Shown here: positions 23,968 through 31,213 of the stretch, piece by piece
Layout: each line of letters starts with the position of its first letter
Numbering within the stretch: position 1 is the first letter of the stretch
Virus record (IMG/VR): IMGVR_UViG_3300044825_001479
Coordinates: 1 to 36,488 of that record
Direction: 5' to 3' (one strand)
Length of the DNA: 36,488 nucleotides
DNA from: a virus
Taxonomy: Duplodnaviria > Caudoviricetes
The notes under the pieces: model-generated
What the model saw: only the letters and a program-made list of their open reading frames with translations
What the model was told of the DNA's origin: nothing
Database searches by the model: none
Made by a program: the position numbers and the translations under genes

Positions 23968-24015
23968 TTCGTGACCTCCCAGGTCGCTTGTTTGTTCTTC
24001 CCAGTTAATCATGTC

Positions 24016-24032
24016 GTTGCGTCGGGCGCAAC
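24016..24032. promoter_or_regulatory. Perfect 17-bp palindromic operator GTTGCG-N5-CGCAAC
   Basis: gttgcgtcgggcgcaac; variants at 22805-22821 and 26260-26276. Confidence 0.65.
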
Positions 24033-24089
24033 CCCCGGATTTCAGGCGAAGGCGACCTTCGCCACTCCCAGGATTGTAGCTCGCCGTTC

Positions 24090-24130
24090 TAAACAGCACG
24101 GAGCCCAGGTCCCCGAAGGAACCTGGGCTC
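24090..24130 (-). terminator. Intrinsic terminator-like hairpin
   Basis: GAGCCCAGGT...ACCTGGGCTC stem with a TTCG-containing loop, followed by CGTGCTGTTT on the minus strand, 23 nt after the upstream stop. Confidence 0.7.
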
Positions 24131-24153
24131 TGGCCTGTCGCCTGGGATAGCGA

Positions 24154-24594
24154 TCAGCGCAGCTTGTCGGCCTCGGCCTCGACCGTCTTGGGCTCGCCCT
24201 TGGCGGGCTGGTAGGTGACCCGGAAGCCATCGCCCTTCTTCGTCGCCTTCACGACCGGGCGCCACGAGCGGCCCACCTTGACCTCCGTGTACGGCAGCGT
24301 CGAGGTGGAGCGAACTCGCTTCGGCTTGGCGGTGAGGAATCGCTCTAAGCCGAACGACTTGGCCGCAGCCTCGGCGGTGGAGGTGGATCCATCAGGAAGC
24401 AGGAGCTTGAAGCCCAGGCGGAACGCCGTCTGCAGGGTGCCCTTGGTCCGGGCGTCCATGCCCGGGGAGAAGCGGGACTTCGGGCCGCAGGTGCGGCCGG
24501 AACGCTCGGTGATGACGAGCTTCCGGTCCTCGTCGATGAAAGCGACGGTGAGGTCCTGGGAGTAGGTCGGTGCGGTTTCGGTCTTGGTGGCCAT
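24154..24594 (-). CDS. Hypothetical basic protein (FxPGxDA motif), own transcription unit
   Basis: ATG at 24594 after AGGAG; Lys/Arg-rich; flanked by a TTGACA promoter and a terminator. Confidence 0.7.
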   Translation of the reverse strand: MATKTETAPTYSQDLTVAFIDEDRKLVITERSGRTCGPKSRFSPGMDARTKGTLQTAFRLGFKLLLPDGSTSTAEAAAKSFGLERFLTAKPKRVRSTSTLPYTEVKVGRSWRPVVKATKKGDGFRVTYQPAKGEPKTVEAEADKLR

Positions 24595-24643
24595 TGTGCG
24601 GGTGTGCTCCTGTTCGAGTTCGGGCTCTTTCCTGAACAACACC

Positions 24644-24694
24644 AGTAAACCACGACGGTAGGGTCGCTGTCAACCCCCAACGTCATGTGACGTT
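24644..24694 (-). promoter_or_regulatory. Promoter with consensus -35 TTGACA and an upstream palindrome AACGTCA-N2-TGACGTT
   Basis: TTGACA-18-TTTACT on the minus strand; perfect 7-bp-arm inverted repeat at 24679-24694. Confidence 0.6.
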
Positions 24695-24696
24695 CT

Positions 24697-25989
24697 TCAC
24701 ACTAAATCCAGGGCGCTGATGACGCCAGCCTCCTGCTCGCCCTTGGTGTTGAGCGTGGCCAGCAACTTCTCATCGACGGTACCCCGAGCCACGAGATCGA
24801 TGCGCCTGGTCGCCAGCTCCTGGCCGAACCGGCGGATGCGCCTCTGCGCCTGGTAGTTGAATAGCGCCCGGGGCGATCGCTCCACAAACACGGCCAGGTC
24901 AGCGGCCGTCAAGGTCACGCCTTCCGAGATCGTACTGAACGTGCCGACCAGGACGTCCAGCTCGAATGCCTGGAACCGATCGATGATGTCGGCCTTAGCG
25001 CCTGCAGACAGCGATCCGTCGATTACCGCCACCTGTTTGCCTTTCTGTCTGGCCAGCTCGGCCACGCATGCCGCTGAATCTCGGAAATGCGTGAAGCAGA
25101 CCATAGGCCGATTTTGCTCTTCCATGATGTCGCCTAGAGCGTCCATCTTGGCGCCGTGTGGCCGGTGTGTCTTGTCGACTGCGCCCAGCGAGGTGGCCAT
25201 CTGAGCGAGCTTCACGAACTGATCGCCGCTGGACCAGGAGACGACGAGCCCGTCGCCAATCTCAGCGACCAGGCTGTCTTTCATCTGGTTGTACGCCGTA
25301 CGCTGGGCGCCTCGGAGGTCCACCTCGATGGTCTGTTGTGAGAGTGGCGGCAGCTCGTCTAGCACCAGGTCCGTCTCCCGCCGGAGCCAATGCTCGCCCA
25401 GGTCGCAACCAGCAGCGAAGTCCGCCCAGGTCAGGTGCTCATGCAAACCGAGGATCTCGATGCCGGTGCGATACGGCGGCTTCCAGGTGCGGAACCACTC
25501 ATCGACCCAACGCCAGTACGAGCTGAATCTCCGATCTTTCGGGCCGTGGATGATTCGCAGCAGCGGCCAGATCGTCCAAGCCCAACCCGATAGTGGAGTG
25601 CCTGTCAACATGAACACGTTTGTGGCTGGGAGCTTGATTGCCGCTTGAGTCCAGTTTGCTGTGCGGCCTTTGAGGTAGTGCGCCTCGTCGAATACCACAG
25701 TGTCGTATTCTTTGAACTCGGCCCGAGGAGCAGGGAATGTCTTGCTTCCCTCCCGCCGACTGAGCCTCGAATACGAGATGACCTCGAACTCAACATCAGG
25801 CCGCCACTCCTCGCAAGAACGCCGCCAGTGGTGTTGCAAGGTCGCTGGACACACAATCAGGGTACGGCCGTCCACGGCCATCAGCGCCTGGTTGGTCTTG
25901 CCCAGGCCAGGCTCATCGGCCAGGATCGCTTTGCCAGCACGTCGCAGGAAGGCGCTACCTTCCGCCTGGTAACTCCGCTGCTCAGGCAT
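24697..25989 (-). CDS. SNF2-family helicase
   Basis: RSYQ, ILADEPGLGKT, VFDEAH, LTGTP, SEGVTLT, QAQRRIRRFGQ. Confidence 0.92.
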   Translation of the reverse strand: MPEQRSYQAEGSAFLRRAGKAILADEPGLGKTNQALMAVDGRTLIVCPATLQHHWRRSCEEWRPDVEFEVISYSRLSRREGSKTFPAPRAEFKEYDTVVFDEAHYLKGRTANWTQAAIKLPATNVFMLTGTPLSGWAWTIWPLLRIIHGPKDRRFSSYWRWVDEWFRTWKPPYRTGIEILGLHEHLTWADFAAGCDLGEHWLRRETDLVLDELPPLSQQTIEVDLRGAQRTAYNQMKDSLVAEIGDGLVVSWSSGDQFVKLAQMATSLGAVDKTHRPHGAKMDALGDIMEEQNRPMVCFTHFRDSAACVAELARQKGKQVAVIDGSLSAGAKADIIDRFQAFELDVLVGTFSTISEGVTLTAADLAVFVERSPRALFNYQAQRRIRRFGQELATRRIDLVARGTVDEKLLATLNTKGEQEAGVISALDLV

Positions 25990-26239
25990 CGTCGCCGAAG
26001 CAGTTCGTTCGGAGCCATTCGCCGGAGGCACCGGGGCCGTCGATCATGGCCGACAGCAGGCCCGCCTTGTCGTCCTCGTCTAGCTCGTAGACCTCCACGA
26101 GCTTGGCTACCAGCCGGAGCCCGGGCACCCGGTCGCCTCCCCTGATCCGGCTGACCGTGGTGTAGTCGCACCCGAGAACCTGGGCGATTTCCCGGCTCGA
26201 GGAGCGAGGTGGAGGAGGAGATGCGGCACCTGTCGTCAT
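25982..26239 (-). CDS. XRE-type HTH regulator
   Basis: SREIAQVLGCDYTTVSRIRGGDRVPG; leaderless ATG at 26239. Confidence 0.8.
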   Translation of the reverse strand: MTTGAASPPPPRSSSREIAQVLGCDYTTVSRIRGGDRVPGLRLVAKLVEVYELDEDDKAGLLSAMIDGPGASGEWLRTNCFGDDA

Positions 26240-26276
26240 GGACGGCAGAATACCAGGCCGTTGCGTCGCTAGCAAG
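26240..26276 (-). promoter_or_regulatory. SigA-like leaderless promoter TTGCTA-17-TATTCT
   Basis: -10 lies 7 nt before the ATG; a degenerate operator copy overlaps the -35. Confidence 0.72.
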
Positions 26277-26311
26277 CAGCGCCTCAACCCGGCTGCATCT
26301 CCTCCTCGGTA

Positions 26312-26353
26312 CCCTAGCTATTCCCAGCTAGTAGGAATACCACCGAGCTAGGG
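26312..26353 (-). terminator. Hairpin at the end of the late/lysis operon
   Basis: CCCTAGCT...AGCTAGGG outer arms with an inner ATTCC/GGAAT pair, 10 nt after the holin stop. Confidence 0.45.
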
Positions 26354-26363
26354 AGTGGTTTGG

Positions 26364-26627
26364 CTAGCCCTTCCCGTGGGCCGAGTCCCAGGCATTCTGC
26401 GCCGCAGACGCCAGGATCACGAACACGGCGGAGATTCCGCCGGTCCAGCCAACGATCGCCGGATCCAGGTCCGGAACGGCCTCGCCCAGGGCCAGGATCG
26501 CCGCAGGCACGGCGACCGCAACTCCGACAAGCGTTTGCAAGATCGACCGCAGAACTCGCTTCTTCGGCGTCGGGCCGGACGGTGCACCCTCGGCTCCGTC
26601 CTGCTCGGGCTTCTCTTCGTAGCTCAT
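26364..26627 (-). CDS. Holin
   Basis: 87 aa, two TM helices, RVLRSILQT motif, directly after the endolysin. Confidence 0.8.
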   Translation of the reverse strand: MSYEEKPEQDGAEGAPSGPTPKKRVLRSILQTLVGVAVAVPAAILALGEAVPDLDPAIVGWTGGISAVFVILASAAQNAWDSAHGKG

Positions 26628-26648
26628 TGCTTTCCTCCTGTGTTGAGA

Positions 26649-27497
26649 TCACGCCTTACCGTCAGCGATGGCCTTCACTGCCAGCGTAAGGACGAATCGG
26701 CTCGAGTCTTCGAACACGCCATCGTCGTTCCGGACCCCGGTGAACCGATCGAGGTCTCGAACGGCGTCCCTGGTAGCTGGTCCGAACTGGCCGTCTACCT
26801 TGAGTCCCCGACCGGACACGAGATTGATGGCGCTCTGCATGAGAGCGACGCCCATGGCGTGGCTCTTTGGCGACAGAAGCGACAACGTGGGCAGCGTCCC
26901 GAGCCCGGAGTTCATGTAGTCCTGGGCGAGCGCACGGCGTCGGCGGACGTACTCGGCCACGTCGACCGCCGGGCCAGGAGCAGGGCACTTACACTGCTGC
27001 GACGGAATGAGCGCCCGCATCTTCTGGTAGTCGGCCTCGGTCACCAGGTCCGTGTGATTCGAGCCCGGAACCAGCGAGTGGGGTAGCGGCCCGTTGATCT
27101 TGCGCCTCGGCCCGCCGATCGTGTAGCGATCGATCGGAATGCCGATCGCATTGTTGATCCCGGCCAGGATCCAGGCGCCCGCTCGGATCTGCCAGTCGGT
27201 GAGCGGGCCTTCATTCACGCCGTCGAACTCGACGCCGATGGCCCAGGTGTTGGCGCCCTTGGCGTGGGCGCACTTGGTCAGCATGTCGTAGAACTCGACC
27301 CACTGGCCTTCGTTCTTGCCGACCAGGAAGTGGAAGCCGATACCGACTCCTGCCCTGCCGTTCTTGCCGATGTTGTAAGCGCCCTTGTAGCCGTCCTTGG
27401 TCAATGAGCCGTAGGTACGGTGCAGCACCACGGCCGTGGGACGGAGGGCACCTTGGGGGTGCCTGCCCTGGTCAAACGGAACGCCTGCGAGCTTCAT
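26649..27497 (-). CDS. Endolysin: N-acetylmuramoyl-L-alanine amidase with peptidoglycan-binding domain
   Basis: VVLHRT, FHFLV, AHAKGAN..IGVEF, PH...HTD; C-terminal VDGQFGPATRDAV. Confidence 0.88.
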   Translation of the reverse strand: MKLAGVPFDQGRHPQGALRPTAVVLHRTYGSLTKDGYKGAYNIGKNGRAGVGIGFHFLVGKNEGQWVEFYDMLTKCAHAKGANTWAIGVEFDGVNEGPLTDWQIRAGAWILAGINNAIGIPIDRYTIGGPRRKINGPLPHSLVPGSNHTDLVTEADYQKMRALIPSQQCKCPAPGPAVDVAEYVRRRRALAQDYMNSGLGTLPTLSLLSPKSHAMGVALMQSAINLVSGRGLKVDGQFGPATRDAVRDLDRFTGVRNDDGVFEDSSRFVLTLAVKAIADGKA

Positions 27498-27840
27498 TGT
27501 TATCTTCCTCCAGCTGGGTGATTCGGGTGTGGTCTTGCTTCTGGCGGGACTCGATCCGGCCTAGCCGGGTCAGTACCTTGTTCATCTGTTCTTCGTTGCG
27601 AGCGGCCCGTTCGTCCTGGTGGGTCATCCTATCGAGCATCCGCTCCAGCAGGCCTAGCATCTGGGTGCCCTTGGTGTCTACGTCGAGGATTTTGGACTCG
27701 GTGGCCTCGAAGGTCGCCTTGGTTTCAATTACCCGCTTTCTGGTTCGTCGGCGGGAGATGATCAGCGGCAGGATGATCCCTAGTAGGGTGAATGTCCCAC
27801 CAATGACTGCTACATAGATCGCCGCCACTCCATCAGTCAC
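27472..27840 (-). CDS. Membrane protein with coiled coil (lysis cassette)
   Basis: One N-terminal TM helix, then heptad repeats; immediately before the endolysin. Confidence 0.65.
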   Translation of the reverse strand: MTDGVAAIYVAVIGGTFTLLGIILPLIISRRRTRKRVIETKATFEATESKILDVDTKGTQMLGLLERMLDRMTHQDERAARNEEQMNKVLTRLGRIESRQKQDHTRITQLEEDNNEARRRSV

Positions 27841-28376
27841 AGTGGAAGGACCACCAAGAATCGATTGCTGAACCCGATGGATGCAGCGAGCGGCTCGTCA
27901 CTGATCCTGGCGTATTTGCAGGTGAACGTCGTCAGCCCGGGGTTCAGACCGTCCATCATGCGGCCGTGGACGATCACAGTGTTGAGACTGGCCTCGGGCG
28001 TAGTGTTATCCCGCTGGATTCGAGTCTCAGAGTCGTGGCCCGGAGTGGTCCGTACCGGCGTGAATACGTTCGCTCCGGTCAAGGCGACGCTGAGGTACGC
28101 AATACCCAGGTTCACGCCGGATCCCGGAGGGAGGTAGATACTGGCCAGGGCAGACGCCAAGATGAATACACGGCCAGATGGTGGGACTTCCACTACGCAG
28201 CTTGGCCCCGGCGTCAGGAGATTGCCGTAGTCATCGCTGGCGCTGCTCTCCAGAGCAACGATGCTGCCGCCGTTGGCGCCTGACGGCACGATGCGGGAGG
28301 CTCGCTCCAGGGCAGACAGGCGACGCTCGATATCGTGCCACAGCTCGATATCAGCGGGCTTGGTCGGGTCCATCAC
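27837..28376 (-). CDS. Minor tail protein
   Basis: DIERRLSALER coiled N-terminus and beta-rich C-terminus; tail operon. Confidence 0.7.
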   Translation of the reverse strand: MMDPTKPADIELWHDIERRLSALERASRIVPSGANGGSIVALESSASDDYGNLLTPGPSCVVEVPPSGRVFILASALASIYLPPGSGVNLGIAYLSVALTGANVFTPVRTTPGHDSETRIQRDNTTPEASLNTVIVHGRMMDGLNPGLTTFTCKYARISDEPLAASIGFSNRFLVVLPL

Positions 28377-29440
28377 CGGAACGCCTCCACGGGGACAACG
28401 GATAGGTCAATGTGCTCGGACCCAGGGTCCACCGAAATGTCGATTTGCTGAATCAGGAACTCGTCATCGACCGTGAGGAGCCCGTACTCGCCTCGAACTC
28501 GAACCCGGTCGCCCGGCAGGTAGGATCCCAGCTGGGGGTCGGAATCAGCGCCAATCCGCAACTTCGGAATCCGGATCGGGTTGCGACCCAAGGCCAAGCG
28601 ACGCTGCGCCTTCTCTCGCAGAGTAGCCGATTCGATCACGTCGCTGTATGTCTCGACGGCTTCCCACAGGGGCGTAGAGGCGAGCATGTCCACGTCGATC
28701 GCCGCTTCAATCGGAGCCTCAATTCCCTGGCCCGACCCGATCGCCTCCACGCTGTTGGCCATGGAACCTCCATCGCCAGTTCGACTCAGAAGCTCGACAT
28801 TGCCGCCCATCTCTAACACGATGTTGGTTTCTCGACCTGTCGCCGGGTACGACGTAACGAACTCCGTAGTGTATCCGGTGTCGCCCCGAGCGCTCTGGTA
28901 CCGGAAATGGAAGCCGTCAATGACAGCGGACAGGTCATCGATGATCTTGCCGATGGGTCGCCGCTCGTAGTCGTAGTACGTCCGCTTGCGCTGCCTGCCC
29001 GAAGCTACGACGTTGCTGGTGCCGAACCTCAGCGCTCCGGACTTCGAGCTGGCGTAGTCGATCAGCCACTTGGCGATGAGTGTCTGGTCCTCGGTATCCC
29101 ACTCGATGGTCTGCTTCAAGAACAGGTTGCGGACGTAGTTGTGCCAACCCAGACAATCGAGCTGCAGGCCGTTCGCCTTTACGTCTGCATCCTGAGCCTC
29201 GATAATGCCGTCTCCGACTACCACGTCGTCACGAAGGAGGAAGATGGCGTTACGTCGTTCTTCGACGTCCGAGGCTGAAATGACCGGCTTGATCAGCTCC
29301 AGCGGTAGGGTAACCCCGACGGATCCCGGGGCGTTGAGAGCCCGGGTCGCCTTTGCTGCTGAGATGGGCAACTCAGCGACAATACGGCCCGAGGCCAGGT
29401 TCTGGAGTACGGCCGAGTAGCCGGATACGACTCCAGACAT
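28373..29440 (-). CDS. Minor tail protein (baseplate hub-like)
   Basis: AELP..RALNAPG, DLSAVIDGFHF, GSYLPGDRVRV; synteny. Confidence 0.78.
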   Translation of the reverse strand: MSGVVSGYSAVLQNLASGRIVAELPISAAKATRALNAPGSVGVTLPLELIKPVISASDVEERRNAIFLLRDDVVVGDGIIEAQDADVKANGLQLDCLGWHNYVRNLFLKQTIEWDTEDQTLIAKWLIDYASSKSGALRFGTSNVVASGRQRKRTYYDYERRPIGKIIDDLSAVIDGFHFRYQSARGDTGYTTEFVTSYPATGRETNIVLEMGGNVELLSRTGDGGSMANSVEAIGSGQGIEAPIEAAIDVDMLASTPLWEAVETYSDVIESATLREKAQRRLALGRNPIRIPKLRIGADSDPQLGSYLPGDRVRVRGEYGLLTVDDEFLIQQIDISVDPGSEHIDLSVVPVEAFR

Positions 29441-30333
29441 CAGACTGGACCAATATCCTCGACGACGATGTTCCCGGGGAAGGACAACGATGTGTTGATT
29501 GTGAGGGTTCCGCCAGAGGTGGAGACCCTTGCCTTGCGAGTCTGGGAGCCAGCGGGGATGTCGGACTCCAGAGTCATGAGGTAGAGGTGATCCTCTGCTG
29601 CGGTAGCAGCGAGCTTTACAGACGATCCTTTCGCATTGTTGCTGCTGTCTGCAACGGCCAGCGTGATGTAGCCCGGCGCTGATACCTGGGCAACCGCTCC
29701 AATGGCGACCGTCGTACGGTACCGACGTCCGGCTACCGCCGTGAACACCGCAGACATATCAGAGATGTCCACTGTTGTCGTGATGCCAGCCTGGCTGGAT
29801 GTCTTGGACGAGGACCCAACCACACCCCATGCGCTGTTCCACGGTCGTGCCAACGTCCGGGCCGACGTGATCTGGCTGTTTGTGATCACCGTGTCGGTGG
29901 CCGGGACGTCAACCGTGGCTAGGAGGTAACTGTTCGCCGGGATTGCGGGCGCAACGGGCGAACCTGCCGGAGTTCCGGTCACCACGTGGATGTCCCACGC
30001 AGTCGATCCGCTCGAATCGTACACGTTCTCCCGGACTCGGGCGACGATGATGTCCTTGCGGGCATTCGTTGCGTGCGCCGTCGCCAGCGGCTTGTTGACC
30101 GTGCCTCGGTTCTCAACGAAGTACGTGCCTTGGTACGTGGCGCTGGTCCCAAGGACGAAGACCCCGCCAGCGGCAACGTCGACGCTGAGGTTGGGAGTAC
30201 CGGACTTCTCGGTGACGGCCAGGTCACCAAGACGAGCGATACCCGGCCCCATCACTGCCTGCATGAAGCGACGGGCGTCCTCGGCTGGAGAGTTCGTCCC
30301 ATCCATGAAGATGGGCGGGTTCTTCTCGGACAT
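29440..30333 (-). CDS. Minor tail protein
   Basis: LSVDVAAG, ARKDIIVARV, GTPAGSPVAPAIP..LATVDVPA, typical of actinophage minor tails. Confidence 0.78.
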   Translation of the reverse strand: MSEKNPPIFMDGTNSPAEDARRFMQAVMGPGIARLGDLAVTEKSGTPNLSVDVAAGGVFVLGTSATYQGTYFVENRGTVNKPLATAHATNARKDIIVARVRENVYDSSGSTAWDIHVVTGTPAGSPVAPAIPANSYLLATVDVPATDTVITNSQITSARTLARPWNSAWGVVGSSSKTSSQAGITTTVDISDMSAVFTAVAGRRYRTTVAIGAVAQVSAPGYITLAVADSSNNAKGSSVKLAATAAEDHLYLMTLESDIPAGSQTRKARVSTSGGTLTINTSLSFPGNIVVEDIGPV

Positions 30334-30343
30334 GGTGATCCTT

Positions 30344-31213
30344 TCAGGAGGTCCAGGCGGACCGGCTAGTCACAGTGAGAGTGGCGGCAGTCGACGTGCT
30401 CGCCCGAAAGGCCAGCTCGGTGGCTCCAGGCTCGAAATCCCACCAACGAGATCCGGCCTGGATTGTGTAGTAGCGAGACTCGGAATCGTTCAACACTACC
30501 GTAGGCATCACGTGAGTGTCCAAGGTGAGCCACTCGCCCGACTCCAAGGTGATGTTGAACCCGACGAACTTACCAGCTGTCAGGTTACGGACAACGGGAT
30601 TGACGCACGGCCCATCGATGCGGGCTGTCCACGGGCTGGCGATGTCGCCGTCGTTGGGAACAAACAAGCTCCCGCTGTCGACCTGGGGCGACCAGGACGC
30701 TGGCCAGGTGGCGGGCCAGGTGAGACCGCCACCTCCCGACGGCAGATTGACGGTCTGGCTGAACATCGAATCGCTGTAGATCCGGGGGTCCGTGGCGTAG
30801 AACATCAGCCTGGAAGACACGATGCCAACGGCGTACGCCAGATCAACGGGGGTGACCTTGTTGCGGATGCGTGCGTTGATGCGGGCTTTGTTGCCGCCAG
30901 CGATGCCCGGAATCTGGAACACCAGGGGAGTCTCTTCGATGCCGGGGCCGCACACCCGGGACAGCGCCGCCGTGGCAGCCGCCGTATCGCCGTTGCTGGT
31001 GCCCTCCACTCGAAGGCCGACCTCGACGTACCTACCGCTCAGGAAGTCGTCGCCCGGGATTTGCCCGTGAGCCCGGAGGCGGTCCCTGTCGGCAGTGATC
31101 ACGGACGGCAAGTCACCGAGCCCGGACACGCCGTACACGCCGTACGGCTTCGGCCCGAGGAGTACATCCCGCCACTCCATCTGGTAATCCCCAGTGATCA
31201 GTTCGCCAGCCAT
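30344..31213 (-). CDS. Distal tail (Dit-like) protein
   Basis: First gene after the tape measure (TGATG overlap); ATDPRIY, NDGD...GPCVNP, SAW end. Confidence 0.8.
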   Translation of the reverse strand: MAGELITGDYQMEWRDVLLGPKPYGVYGVSGLGDLPSVITADRDRLRAHGQIPGDDFLSGRYVEVGLRVEGTSNGDTAAATAALSRVCGPGIEETPLVFQIPGIAGGNKARINARIRNKVTPVDLAYAVGIVSSRLMFYATDPRIYSDSMFSQTVNLPSGGGGLTWPATWPASWSPQVDSGSLFVPNDGDIASPWTARIDGPCVNPVVRNLTAGKFVGFNITLESGEWLTLDTHVMPTVVLNDSESRYYTIQAGSRWWDFEPGATELAFRASTSTAATLTVTSRSAWTS

